Source of the DNA: Bacteroidia bacterium
GTDB taxonomy: Bacteria > Bacteroidota > Bacteroidia > Bacteroidales > UBA7960
Direction: 5' to 3'
Assembly: GCA_007695305.1 (NCBI GenBank)
Contig: REEA01000106.1
Coordinates: 1,058 to 65,057 of the forward strand
DNA length: 64,000 nucleotides
Shown here: positions 39,621-49,111 of the stretch, one piece after another
Layout: the number at the start of each line of letters is the position of its first letter
Numbering within the stretch: the first letter of the stretch is position 1
Position numbers and translations under genes: made by a program
The notes under the pieces: generated by a model
What the model was told of the DNA's origin: nothing
What the model saw: the letters and a program-made list of their open reading frames with translations, nothing else
The model's database searches: none

Positions 39621-40385
39621 TCAGGGGATGGTATCTGCTTTTGTTTCTTTTTTCACCCAGTCATAACCTTTGCTTTCCAGCTCGAGGGCAAGTTTTTTAT
39701 CACCGCTTTTAATGATTCGCCCGTCGTAGAGAACGTGCACGAAATCGGGTACGATATAATCGAGCAGTCGCTGATAGTGTGTAATAATGATGGTGGCGTT
39801 ATCGGGCCGGCGCAATTTATTGACGCCGTTTGCGACAACTTTGAGGGCGTCGATATCGAGGCCTGAGTCGGTTTCGTCGAGGATGGCCAATCGTGGTTCA
39901 AGCATGGCCATTTGAAATATTTCATTCTTTTTCTTTTCTCCTCCGGAAAAGCCTTCATTGACGGAACGGTTTGTCAGTTTTGAATGGATTTCCACCATTT
40001 TCTTTTTTTCTTCCATCATTTTGAGGAATTCGGCTCCTGTCATGGGTTCCAGTCCAAGATATTTTCTTTTTTCGTTGATGGCTGTTCGCAGGAAGTTGGC
40101 GATACTGACTCCGGGAATTTCTACGGGATACTGAAAGCCGAGGAAGATACCTTCGCGGGCTCTTGTTTCGGGTGCCATGTCGAATATGTTCTGGTCCATA
40201 TAGGTAATTTCTCCTGCATCGACATCAAACATATCTCTTCCTGCGATCACTGATGCAAGGGTGCTTTTGCCTGAGCCATTGGGCCCCATGATGGCATGCA
40301 CTTCGCCTTCTTTTACTTCGAGGTTTAGTCCTCCGATGATTTGTTTACCGTGAATGGAGACGGTTAAGTTTTTTATGCTCAGCAT
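39621..40385 (-). CDS. sufC: Fe-S cluster assembly ATPase SufC
   Basis: It has Walker A GPNGSGKST, the ABC signature FSGGEKK and Walker B LAILDETDSGLD. Confidence 0.9.
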   Translation of the reverse strand: MLSIKNLTVSIHGKQIIGGLNLEVKEGEVHAIMGPNGSGKSTLASVIAGRDMFDVDAGEITYMDQNIFDMAPETRAREGIFLGFQYPVEIPGVSIANFLRTAINEKRKYLGLEPMTGAEFLKMMEEKKKMVEIHSKLTNRSVNEGFSGGEKKKNEIFQMAMLEPRLAILDETDSGLDIDALKVVANGVNKLRRPDNATIIITHYQRLLDYIVPDFVHVLYDGRIIKSGDKKLALELESKGYDWVKKETKADTIP

Positions 40386-40440
40386 GATTTTGTTATATAT
40401 TGTTGCAGTTTTTAGTGATAATATTTACGGATAATCATGT

Positions 40441-41898
40441 TTACCCAACGCTTCCTTCGAGGCTGATGGACAATAGTTTTTGTGCTTCTACTGCGAACTC
40501 CATGGGAAGTTTGGACAGTACTTCTTTGGCGTATCCGTTTACAATCAGGCCTATTGCGCCTTCCATGTCGATTCCTCTTTGGAGGCAGTAGAACAGTTGA
40601 TCTTCAGAGATTTTGCTTGTTGTAGCTTCGTGTTCGACGATTGAGCTACGGTTGCCCACATCGAGGTATGGGAATGTATGTGCGCCGCACTGGTCGCCAA
40701 GTAAGAGGGAGTCGCACTGGGAAAAGTTGCGTGCATTTGCGGCATTCCGGGTTGTTTTAACGAGCCCCCGGTAGCTGTTATTGCTTTTGCCGCCTGATAT
40801 TCCTTTACTGATGATGGTGCTTTTCGTGTTTTTGCCGAGGTGTATCATTTTGGTACCGGTGTCGGCCTGCTGTTTGTTATTTGTAACAGCTACCGAGTAA
40901 AATTCACCGGTTGTGTTATCACCTTTCAGGATGAGGCTTGGGTATTTCCATGTGATGGCGGATCCTGTTTCTACCTGTGTCCAGGAGATTTTTGCATTTT
41001 CGCCTTCGCATATTCCTCTTTTGGTGACGAAATTATAGACGCCTCCTTTGCCTTGCTTGTCGCCGGGCCACCAGTTCTGGACCGTTGAATATTTTACTTC
41101 GGCATTTTTATGTGCGATGATTTCCACGATGGCTGCATGCAGTTGGTTTTCGTCCCTGATGGGGGCGGTACAACCTTCCATATAGCTCACGTAGCTTCCT
41201 TCTTCGGCGACGATGAGTGTGCGTTCGAACTGTCCGGTATTTGCGGCATTTATTCGGAAATAGGTTGACAATTCGAGGGGGCATCTGACGCCTTTCGGGA
41301 TGTATGCAAAGCTACCGTCGCTGAATACAGCTGAGTTAAGTGCTGCGAAGAAGTTGTCGGTATGGGGTACAACTGTACCCATATATTTTTTGATCAATTC
41401 GGGGTGTTTTTGCAGTGCTTCGCTGAATGAACAGAAGATCACGCCGTGTTCAGCCAGGGTTTTTTTAAATGTTGAGCCAACGGACACGCTGTCCATTACG
41501 GCATCAACGGCTACACCGGCCAGCATTTTTTGTTCGTCCAGCGGGATTCCCAGCTTTTCAAATGTTTCCAGGAGTTCCGGATCCACTTCATCGATGCTGT
41601 CATATTTTGGTTGTTTGCGTGGTGCGGAATAATATATCAGGTCCTGATATTTGATGGGGGGGTAATCCACGTGGGCCCATTTGGGTTCTTCCAGTGTTTG
41701 CCAGTGTTGAAAGGCCCGGAGGCGGAAGTCAAGCATAAACTGCGGTTCATTTTTTTTGGCTGAGATAAAACGGATGGTTTCTTCAGTGAGGCCGGGCGGT
41801 GCCTGGTCCATTTCAATATCCGTATAGAAGCCGTATTTATAGTCGGAACCGGTTACTTCTTCCAGAATCTGATTGTTTTTGTCTGCCATTTTATTCAA
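40441..41898 (-). CDS. sufB: Fe-S cluster assembly scaffold SufB
   Basis: The 485-aa protein has the typical SufB sequence (YKYGF..., the FYCLQRGI region). Confidence 0.9.
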   Translation of the reverse strand: MNKMADKNNQILEEVTGSDYKYGFYTDIEMDQAPPGLTEETIRFISAKKNEPQFMLDFRLRAFQHWQTLEEPKWAHVDYPPIKYQDLIYYSAPRKQPKYDSIDEVDPELLETFEKLGIPLDEQKMLAGVAVDAVMDSVSVGSTFKKTLAEHGVIFCSFSEALQKHPELIKKYMGTVVPHTDNFFAALNSAVFSDGSFAYIPKGVRCPLELSTYFRINAANTGQFERTLIVAEEGSYVSYMEGCTAPIRDENQLHAAIVEIIAHKNAEVKYSTVQNWWPGDKQGKGGVYNFVTKRGICEGENAKISWTQVETGSAITWKYPSLILKGDNTTGEFYSVAVTNNKQQADTGTKMIHLGKNTKSTIISKGISGGKSNNSYRGLVKTTRNAANARNFSQCDSLLLGDQCGAHTFPYLDVGNRSSIVEHEATTSKISEDQLFYCLQRGIDMEGAIGLIVNGYAKEVLSKLPMEFAVEAQKLLSISLEGSVG

Positions 41899-42045
41899 CT
41901 TGATTATGTTTTCAAACCATCGGTTGATTGATGTGCATTCCGTTTTTCGGGTGTTTCATGCACAATGTGGGTATTAGCCTGCTGCCTTTTTCATCCTGCG
42001 AAAGCAGAATGCAATTCTAATTTAAACCAATTATAAATTAGCATG

Positions 42046-42053
42046 CAAAGATA
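42046..42053 (-). promoter_or_regulatory. Candidate -7 promoter box for the suf operon
   Basis: The minus strand reads TATCTTTG about 145 nt upstream of the sufB ATG. Confidence 0.3.
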
Positions 42054-42122
42054 TAAAACACCTGATATTTAATCAACACCTCAGTTTGTATTTCCTGTAA
42101 AAGTGAAACAAGCTTGCGGGCT

Positions 42123-43166
42123 TTATGTTTGGGGTTTCAGGAGAGTTGTATTTCCAATCATTTCGAAGCCTGCGTTGTGGCCTATCCCTTTGAAGACCGG
42201 GAGGCTGTTTTTTTTGATTACTGCGATATAGATTGTTGCGTTAACACTTTCATGGATGATTCTTTCCATTTGTCCTTTTGCCGGTGCTTTCAGTGCTCCT
42301 TTATTTAGGATGTTTTCTTCCTTTTCTGCCTGAATATGAATGGAGAAGTCTTTTGTTTCTATGCACAGGGAGAGTTGGTCTCCGTTTCTTTCGAGTGATG
42401 ATATTTTGGCCCCTGTATAGGTGGCGAAGTGTATTTGTTTATTATTGTGCAGGAAAAAGCCTAAGAATCCGGGGAATGATGATCCCATCCAGGGTATTTT
42501 GGCGATTGAGAGCATAAAAGAGGTGCCTGGAGTTTCAAAATTGTTTGACTGCATCCACACCCATGTTTCCGGCATGGATGAGCCCCAGTCTTTTTCGATA
42601 TATCCTTTTCCCTGGTCAAATTTTATTGGTTGTGAGTTCAGTTGTATTTCGCCTTCCACTGTGTGATCGAGACTTACCACGCCGTGGTAGCATTCCATAA
42701 AAGGCATGTATCGGTACCATCCCATGATGCCGGGTCTCCGAAGCGATACCGGATAGGTTTGCCTGTTAGAAAACTTTAGGTTTCCTTTAATTGTTTGCTT
42801 GTTTTCATTGAGGTTTACATTGATTTGACCGGCAGAGAAGAAGCTGTCATTTACTTTAACGGCAAAAGTATTTGGAGCGTAGCAGAAGTCATCCGCAGGG
42901 TATTTAAAATACCAGGTGTCGCCGGTTTTTCCGCTAATCACCTGCACGAATGCATGGGGGTTTTCTGTGTTGAGTGATATTCCCGGAATAAAAGCGATGG
43001 CATTTTCACCGCATGCACTTACATTTTTGAAATACCATCCTTCGAAATAGTTCTTTTTTCTTCGGTTTCCCTGGAACCATTCCGGGTTCCATATTTTTTT
43101 CAGGTCATACAATGAGAGCCATTTGTTTTTTTTACGGATGAATGTTGTTTTTTCCGAATGGCCCAT
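42123..43166 (-). CDS. Tocopherol cyclase-like family protein
   Basis: The N-terminal NYFEGWYFK and the central GKGYIEKDWGSSMPETWVWMQSNNF closely resemble the motifs I recall for the plant/cyanobacterial tocopherol cyclase family. Confidence 0.6.
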   Translation of the reverse strand: MGHSEKTTFIRKKNKWLSLYDLKKIWNPEWFQGNRRKKNYFEGWYFKNVSACGENAIAFIPGISLNTENPHAFVQVISGKTGDTWYFKYPADDFCYAPNTFAVKVNDSFFSAGQINVNLNENKQTIKGNLKFSNRQTYPVSLRRPGIMGWYRYMPFMECYHGVVSLDHTVEGEIQLNSQPIKFDQGKGYIEKDWGSSMPETWVWMQSNNFETPGTSFMLSIAKIPWMGSSFPGFLGFFLHNNKQIHFATYTGAKISSLERNGDQLSLCIETKDFSIHIQAEKEENILNKGALKAPAKGQMERIIHESVNATIYIAVIKKNSLPVFKGIGHNAGFEMIGNTTLLKPQT

Positions 43167-43200
43167 TTTTCATTGTTGTTTATTTGTGTCGGACTTGCTT

Positions 43201-43914
43201 TTATTCGTTTTCTTCCGGTGTTACCAGGAGTTTAAATCCTTTGCCATGGACATTGAGGAGTTCGATGGCGGGGTCTTCTTTCAGGTATTTCCGGAGTTTG
43301 GCGATATAGACGTCCATGCTACGGGCATTGAAGTAATTGTCGTCGTGCCATATTTTTTTCAGGGCTTCAGACCGGTCAAGAACGTTATTGACTCTATCGC
43401 ATAACATTTTCAGGAGTTGTGCTTCCTTGGATGTCAGTTTTTGTTCATTGTCGCCAATTCTGAGGGTTTGTCTTGCGAAATCGAAGGTATAATTTCCTAC
43501 GCGAAACAGTGTTTTGTCGGTATCACCAACAGTTTCGGGATAGGTTCGGCGATATATGGCATTGACTCTGAGCACCAGTTCTTCCATGGAGAAGGGTTTG
43601 GTCAGGTAATCATCTGCGCCGATTTTCAATCCTTCGAGGATGTCTTCTTGCATATTTTTGGCGGTGAGGAAAAGGATTGGTACTTTTTTGTCTATTCTTC
43701 TGATTTCTTTTGCGAGGGTGAAACCATCTTTTACAGGCATCATCACATCGAAGATGCAAAAGTTAAAGGTTTTTTCCAGGAAAATATCGTAAGCTTCCTG
43801 GCCATCTACACAAAGTGTTGTTGGAAACCCCTTGGCTTCCAGATAGGCTTTCAGAATCGTACCAAGGTTTCCATCGTCCTCGGCGAGCAAGATTTTAATT
43901 TTGGGTGTTTCCAT
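43201..43914 (-). CDS. OmpR/PhoB-family response regulator
   Basis: The receiver domain (ILLAEDD...DVMMP, phospho-acceptor Asp) is followed by a winged-helix effector domain (LTSKEAQLLKML...). Confidence 0.9.
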   Translation of the reverse strand: METPKIKILLAEDDGNLGTILKAYLEAKGFPTTLCVDGQEAYDIFLEKTFNFCIFDVMMPVKDGFTLAKEIRRIDKKVPILFLTAKNMQEDILEGLKIGADDYLTKPFSMEELVLRVNAIYRRTYPETVGDTDKTLFRVGNYTFDFARQTLRIGDNEQKLTSKEAQLLKMLCDRVNNVLDRSEALKKIWHDDNYFNARSMDVYIAKLRKYLKEDPAIELLNVHGKGFKLLVTPEENE

Positions 43915-45583
43915 TGTATTTGTTTTGTTTGATTTTGTTATTATCTTCTATTTCTTTTAGATCGTTGTATCCGAATGGTATAAAAACGGAAAACCTTGAT
44001 CCCTTATTGGGTTCGCTTTCCAGTGAAACTTTTCCACCGTGGCTTTCTGCTATTGATTTGACGTATCCCAGGCCTAATCCAAAGCCTTTTACATCATGAA
44101 TGTTTCCTGTGGATACGCGATAAAGGTTTTCAAAAATTTTCTTTTGGTTGGTTCTGCTGATGCCAACACCTTTGTCATCGACATGTATTAAAACCCCATC
44201 GCTTACATTTTCAGTGATTACAGTGATTTCCGGTGCGTGGGGGGAATACTTGTTTGCATTGTCCAGCAAGTTTGAGAACACGTTTGAGAGGTGCACCTTA
44301 TCTGCTTTAACGAAGCTGTAGCTGGCATTAAACGCGGTATTTATGTTTCCGTGTTTTGCTTTCACCTGCAGGCCAATTTTCTGGATAGCATTTTCGATGA
44401 GTTCATGAATGTCGACGCCTGTAAGATTTAATCTGATCCGTGCTTTTTCTATCAGTGCGGTTTGCAATACTTTTTCGGTAAGCAGTCCGAGGCGATCGTT
44501 TTCTTCATTGATTACGTTGATATAGCTTTGATAGAGTGTTTCGGATTTTTTGACATCCTGATCGATGAGTGCCTGGCAAGCAAGTGAGATGGTTGAGATA
44601 GGTGTTTTCAGTTCATGGGTCATGTTGTTGATGAAGTCGTTTTTCATCACTGATAATTTTTTTTGCCGAAAAATGGTAAAAATGGTGAAGGCAAATGACG
44701 AAACGATGATCATGAGCAAGACGATTGATGTGGCCAGCATGGTATGCATCTGGGAAAGGATGTATCTTTCCTGTTGGGGAAAATACAGGAGCAGGTACTC
44801 AGGGTTCGAAAAGACATCATTTGAAAAAAGGCGGAAGGCGTAGGGGCTCAACAGTAGTTTATTGGTATAGTCACCTGTTTTTTCTCTTACCATAGTATTT
44901 CTTCCCGGGTTATAAATCCCAAACTCAAAAGCTGTTTTGATACCCTGGTTGTTCAGTTCTCTTGTAAGCAGGGAGTCGAGTGATGCCACGCTTAAATTAT
45001 CGAATGTCTGGTGGCGGTGTCGGGTGTCGAACAGGTTGTCAACGAAGTCGTTGATGAGTCTCATTCTTTCAAAGAATAATCTGTTCAGATCCTGATTCTG
45101 GTACCATGCTGCGTCGGGCAGGTATCCTTTGGCGGGTTGTCTGCTGTCAGTTATACTGCCTGTATTGAGTGTGTCGAATGCTCCGGGGAGTATTCCGTAG
45201 CTGATCTGTTCCCTTATTTGGATATCCAGTTCCTGAAAGAATGCTCCAGTGCCGGTTTCCAGGCTGAAGGGTTCACTTGTTGCTCCGGTAAACGTTTGAT
45301 CATAGTGCACCTGGGTAAGGGAGTCCAGCATGAAGTAAAGCTGATCGCTGAACGGATTACTGCTTTGTCTGTTCCTGAAGTGCTTTGACAGTTCGCTCAA
45401 GTTGAATTGATATATAGCCCTGTTTGCTGCTTCGCTGACATTTCTGTCGAAGTGAACCTTTTTAATGGTTACGGCATTGCGTATCCAGTAAAGCTGAATG
45501 CTGAGCAGGCCGACCAATGAAAAGGTGATGGCCACGATCACAAGAATGATAAACCTTTTTTTCATCAGCTTATTTAACAACAT
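43895..45583 (-). CDS. Sensor histidine kinase
   Basis: It has two transmembrane segments flanking a ~250-aa periplasmic region, the H-box NMTHELKTPIS and the N/G boxes (DNANKY, GFGLGLGY). It overlaps the response-regulator start by 20 nt. The start at 45583 or 45565 is preferred over 45649. Confidence 0.85.
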   Translation of the reverse strand: MLLNKLMKKRFIILVIVAITFSLVGLLSIQLYWIRNAVTIKKVHFDRNVSEAANRAIYQFNLSELSKHFRNRQSSNPFSDQLYFMLDSLTQVHYDQTFTGATSEPFSLETGTGAFFQELDIQIREQISYGILPGAFDTLNTGSITDSRQPAKGYLPDAAWYQNQDLNRLFFERMRLINDFVDNLFDTRHRHQTFDNLSVASLDSLLTRELNNQGIKTAFEFGIYNPGRNTMVREKTGDYTNKLLLSPYAFRLFSNDVFSNPEYLLLYFPQQERYILSQMHTMLATSIVLLMIIVSSFAFTIFTIFRQKKLSVMKNDFINNMTHELKTPISTISLACQALIDQDVKKSETLYQSYINVINEENDRLGLLTEKVLQTALIEKARIRLNLTGVDIHELIENAIQKIGLQVKAKHGNINTAFNASYSFVKADKVHLSNVFSNLLDNANKYSPHAPEITVITENVSDGVLIHVDDKGVGISRTNQKKIFENLYRVSTGNIHDVKGFGLGLGYVKSIAESHGGKVSLESEPNKGSRFSVFIPFGYNDLKEIEDNNKIKQNKYNGNTQN

Positions 45584-45683
45584 GCCTTTGGGTTTTGTTG
45601 GTGGCGGTAAAGCCGGCAATTTTACTTTTTGATACCTGCAACCCGCCATACAAAAATAAGAGGGAAAAACGGTGTTTTTTGTT

Positions 45684-45710
45684 GTTTAACACAGTTTAAC
45701 ACCCTTTAAC
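45684..45710 (-). promoter_or_regulatory. Three direct repeats at 10-bp phasing upstream of the HK-RR operon (candidate RR binding site)
   Basis: The plus strand reads gtttaacac a gtttaacac c ctttaac, with repeats starting at 45684, 45694 and 45704. They lie 26-59 bp upstream of a minus-strand TATTTTTG box at 45658-45651. Confidence 0.4.
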
Positions 45711-45750
45711 TTTTTTTAAATCAGGGAGAAAGACATGTTTGACAGAGGGC

Positions 45751-46326
45751 TCACATCCGTTCGTCAACTTTTTTCCAGTCAATAATTTTCCAGAATGCGT
45801 TGACATACTCGGGTCGTCTGTTTTGGTAATCAAGATAGTAGGCATGTTCCCACACATCGCATGTTAGCAGTGGTGTAAATCCCTGACGCATTGGATTATC
45901 AGCGTTTCCGGTTTGCAGGATTTCAAGTTTGTCATCTTTATTTTTCACCAGCCATGTCCAGCCTGATCCAAATAAGGTAGCTGCTGCGTTACTGAAGCTT
46001 TCCCTGAATTTTTCGAATGAACCGAATGCATCTTCGATGGCGTTCATCAATTTTCCTTCGGGCTCGCCGCCGCCGTTGGGCGAAAAACTTTCCCAATAAA
46101 AGGTGTGATTCCAGACTTGTGCACCGTTATTGAATATGCCCCCGTCGGCTTTCATGATGATGTCTTCCAATGAACTGTTTTCAAATGGAGAGCCGGGTGT
46201 GAGTTCATTTAGTTTTTTTACATAGGTCATGTGGTGTTTTCCATAATGATACTCAATGGTTTTTTTGGAGATGAATGGTTCGAGGGCTTCGGGTGAATAG
46301 GGCAATTTGGGTAATACGTGTGTCAT
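45751..46326 (-). CDS. sod: Fe/Mn superoxide dismutase
   Basis: The 191-aa protein has the metal ligands and the signature DVWEHAYY. Confidence 0.9.
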   Translation of the reverse strand: MTHVLPKLPYSPEALEPFISKKTIEYHYGKHHMTYVKKLNELTPGSPFENSSLEDIIMKADGGIFNNGAQVWNHTFYWESFSPNGGGEPEGKLMNAIEDAFGSFEKFRESFSNAAATLFGSGWTWLVKNKDDKLEILQTGNADNPMRQGFTPLLTCDVWEHAYYLDYQNRRPEYVNAFWKIIDWKKVDERM

Positions 46327-46580
46327 GATGAAAAGGGTTTTAAGTGAATGATGATGGCTAAGTTAAGGAAAAAACCAGTTCTTTGCAAACTGCCAGAATA
46401 CCATAAGGTTTTTGTTCTGTGATTTCTTTGGCAGTTTTCAAAGGGAGATTCACCAAAAAAGGCTAATTTCACTTTTTGAAAAGGAGGAGTTAAGTTCCTG
46501 GGTTTACGTAAAACGATTGTTGTCCGGGCAATAAATCCGGGCAAGCATGGTAATGGGTTAAGCAATACGGAGAAGTATCA

Positions 46581-47525
46581 ATGTTTGGAAGATTTTGTAC
46601 AACAATTTTGTTGGGTGCATTTTTTATGATGCAGGGTGTTGTATGTGATGGATCCAGGGCCGGTTTTTATGTTGGCGGCAATGATGAAAGTGTTGATTAT
46701 TTTGACGCTGATGGATTGCTGAGGTCAAGTATGCACGCGCTATATAGTATGCAGTTTGATTTGGCAGACTCACTCACTGCTCATTTTTTAGCAAGCTATC
46801 CCGGTCATTATCTTGCGCATGTAGCCAGGGCCAATTATTACTGGTGGTTTTCCATTGCTTCGTCGCCGGATAATTTTAAAAGGGCTGTTTTTGCAGAGCG
46901 GGTTCGCAGGGCGAAGGAGCTTGCAGAGCGTTATGCAGATGGAGTGTCAAAAGACCAGCCTGAGGTTTTGTTTCACCTGATCACGATGTCTGCCATGAGT
47001 ATCAGGTATGACGTTATGCATGCAAATTATCTCCGGGCCTTGTCTTCCGGCCGTCAGGCGATAGGCTATATTTCTGCTTCTTCGGGTGAAGAATCCAACT
47101 ATCCGGGTTTTTATCTGACCAGTGGTTTATACCAATACATGGCGGCAGCAGCATCTGAGCGGAATTATCTTTTCAGAATGTTTTCCCTGTTTTATCCGCC
47201 GGGTGACAAGTTGCGCGGTTTGGAGCAGCTGAAGCTTGCTGCCATGCAGGATGATTTTATTTTAAGGACAGAGGCAGATTATTTTCTGATGCGCATATAT
47301 CTGGATTTGGAGGCAGATGCTCAGCAGGCGTTGTATCATGGGGGCAGGCTTATTGAGAATTATCCATCCAATTTGATTTATCGCTATTATTACTTATTGG
47401 CTTATGCCGCGGCATATGGTGAAGACCGGGTTTTCGCAAAGAGGGAGGCTTTCCGGCGTTTGGTTGCTGAGCACAGTGGTTTGTGCGCTGCCCAAAGGGC
47501 TTATTTTTTAGGACTGATTGAATGA
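46581..47525 (+). CDS. Hypothetical secreted all-alpha protein
   Basis: The 314-aa protein has an N-terminal hydrophobic signal-like segment and a helical-repeat-like composition. I recognise no motif. Confidence 0.45.
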   Translation: MFGRFCTTILLGAFFMMQGVVCDGSRAGFYVGGNDESVDYFDADGLLRSSMHALYSMQFDLADSLTAHFLASYPGHYLAHVARANYYWWFSIASSPDNFKRAVFAERVRRAKELAERYADGVSKDQPEVLFHLITMSAMSIRYDVMHANYLRALSSGRQAIGYISASSGEESNYPGFYLTSGLYQYMAAAASERNYLFRMFSLFYPPGDKLRGLEQLKLAAMQDDFILRTEADYFLMRIYLDLEADAQQALYHGGRLIENYPSNLIYRYYYLLAYAAAYGEDRVFAKREAFRRLVAEHSGLCAAQRAYFLGLIE

Positions 47526-47611
47526 TATCCTTTGGACAGTGTTTTTTTTGTTGTTCTAAGACAATCTTTTGTCAAGCAGTGATTGACATTTTCTGTTTTT
47601 CATTTGCCTGA

Positions 47612-47773
47612 TTTCATGGGTTTAAAATTTGTCGAAATGGCGGAGTGTCCGGGCTTGTTTTTGGCTATTCGCTCGTTTGTATTTTTGCTGGCGCCTCCCC
47701 GCATCTTCGCATTCTCGTTTCCCAAGCGCCTATAATCATACTTCTGTGTGTCAAAAATCCTGTTCCTGAATGG
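47612..47773 (+). repeat. Copy A of a ~150-bp noncoding direct repeat
   Basis: It aligns with 49112-49260 at roughly 75-80 percent identity by eye. Shared blocks are ttcatgKgtttaWaatttgtcgaaatg, gtccgggcttgtt, gctcgtt, GCATCYTC units, ctcgtttc, cgcctataa and ctgtgtgt. Confidence 0.8.
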
Positions 47774-47829
47774 TTGGGATCTTTGACATGGGGCGTTTTA
47801 TTTCCTGATAAAGCTTGAAGAATAATGCA

Positions 47830-47863
47830 GAAAAAACCCCTCACTGTTTATTGCAGTAAGGGG
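47830..47863 (-). terminator. Intrinsic terminator immediately downstream of tRNA-Leu
   Basis: On the minus strand the stem ccccttac / gtgagggg includes a U-G wobble. The same position is a C-A mismatch on the plus strand. The stem is followed by UUUUUU. Confidence 0.7.
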
Positions 47864-47867
47864 TTTA

Positions 47868-47954
47868 TGGTACCCGGGGCCGGGATCGAACCGGCACGAT
47901 ATTGCTATCATTGGTGTTTGAGACCAACGCGTCTACCAATTCCGCCACCCGGGC
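47868..47954 (-). tRNA. tRNA-Leu (anticodon CAA), type II with a long variable arm and encoded CCA
   Basis: The minus strand reads GCCCGGGTGGCGGAATTGGTAGACGCGTTGGTCTCAAACACCAATGATAGCAATATCGTGCCGGTTCGATCCCGGCCCCGGGTACCA. It has a 7-bp acceptor stem (G1-U72 wobble), the anticodon loop CT-CAA-AC and the T-loop GGTTCGATCC. Confidence 0.9.
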
Positions 47955-48069
47955 ATTACCCGTTTTTTGGTCTTTTGCCTTTCGGCGTGCAAATGTAACC
48001 ATTTCAAATCTTTTTTACAAAAAAAACAGAATACTGACTTTTGAAAAATTACCTTTGAGATATTATTTT

Positions 48070-48077
48070 TACTTTTG
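48070..48077 (+). promoter_or_regulatory. Candidate -7 promoter box for prs
   Basis: The sequence tacttttg lies about 80 nt upstream of the ATG at 48158. A second match, tacctttg, lies at 48049-48056. Confidence 0.3.
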
Positions 48078-48157
48078 TTGTATAAAGGAGACGTTGCCGG
48101 CAGTTTGTTGGATTTATTCATTTTTCCATATTTTTAGGATTCTGAAAACCCTGATAC

Positions 48158-49102
48158 ATGGCTTCAGTAGTTAAAATTTTTTCCGGTTCTGCTTCCCGGG
48201 CGCTTGCCGAAAAGATAGCTGAAAGCTATGGTAAGCCTTTGGGGAAGGAGTTAATTCAGTATTTTTCTGATGGTGAGTTTCAGCCTTCCTATGAGGAAAC
48301 GCTTCGTGGCAATGATGTTTTTATTGTTCAGAGCACCATTGCACCTTCCGACAATTTGATGGAGTTGTTGTTGATGATTGATGCTGCCCGCAGGGCGTCT
48401 GCCAAGCAGGTAGTTGCTGTTATTCCCTATTTTGGGTTTGCCCGGCAGGACAGGAAGGACAAGCCCCGGGTATCCATTGGGGCCAAGTTGATTGCCAACC
48501 TGTTGACGGCTGCGGGGGTTAACCGGGTTATCACCATGGATTTACATGCTGATCAGATCCAGGGGTTTTTTGATGTTCCGGTTGATCACATGTATGCGTC
48601 TGCCATATTTGTGCCTTATTTAAAGGGTCTTCAGTTGCAGAACCTGGTGATGGGTTCGCCCGACACAGGTGGTACCAGGCGTGCCGGTGCGTACGCAAAA
48701 TTTCTGAACAGTGAGCTTGTAATATGTTACAAACAGCGGGAGAAGGTCAATGAGGTAGAGCGGATGACACTTATTGGTGATGTAAAGGGGAAGGATGTTG
48801 TTTTGGTGGACGATATTATTGACACAGCCGGCACTATTACGAAGGCCGGGGCCATGATGCTGGATAAAGGTGCCACTAGTGTCAGAGCGGTTTGCACGCA
48901 TCCGGTTTTCAGTAAAAAAGCGTACGATCGAATTGCAAATAGTGTTTTTGAGGAAGTGATTGTATCTGATACCATTCCGTTAAAAAAAGATTGTCCAAAA
49001 GTTACCGTATTATCTGCGTCCAAGTTGTTTGCTGATGTGATTCAACGGGTTCACAATCATGAGTCCATCAGCTCTCATTTTGAATTTTCCACGATTTTAT
49101 AA
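48158..49102 (+). CDS. prs: Ribose-phosphate pyrophosphokinase
   Basis: The 314-aa protein has the PRPP-binding loop DDIIDTAGT and the motifs YFGFARQDRK and DLHADQIQGFF. Confidence 0.9.
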   Translation: MASVVKIFSGSASRALAEKIAESYGKPLGKELIQYFSDGEFQPSYEETLRGNDVFIVQSTIAPSDNLMELLLMIDAARRASAKQVVAVIPYFGFARQDRKDKPRVSIGAKLIANLLTAAGVNRVITMDLHADQIQGFFDVPVDHMYASAIFVPYLKGLQLQNLVMGSPDTGGTRRAGAYAKFLNSELVICYKQREKVNEVERMTLIGDVKGKDVVLVDDIIDTAGTITKAGAMMLDKGATSVRAVCTHPVFSKKAYDRIANSVFEEVIVSDTIPLKKDCPKVTVLSASKLFADVIQRVHNHESISSHFEFSTIL

Positions 49103-49111
49103 CAAATTACC

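Noticed and set aside
46323-46565. An 80-aa minus-strand ORF overlapping the sod start
   Set aside because: It starts at a TTG and has no recognisable features. It covers the sod promoter and inverted-repeat region, so it is probably noncoding.
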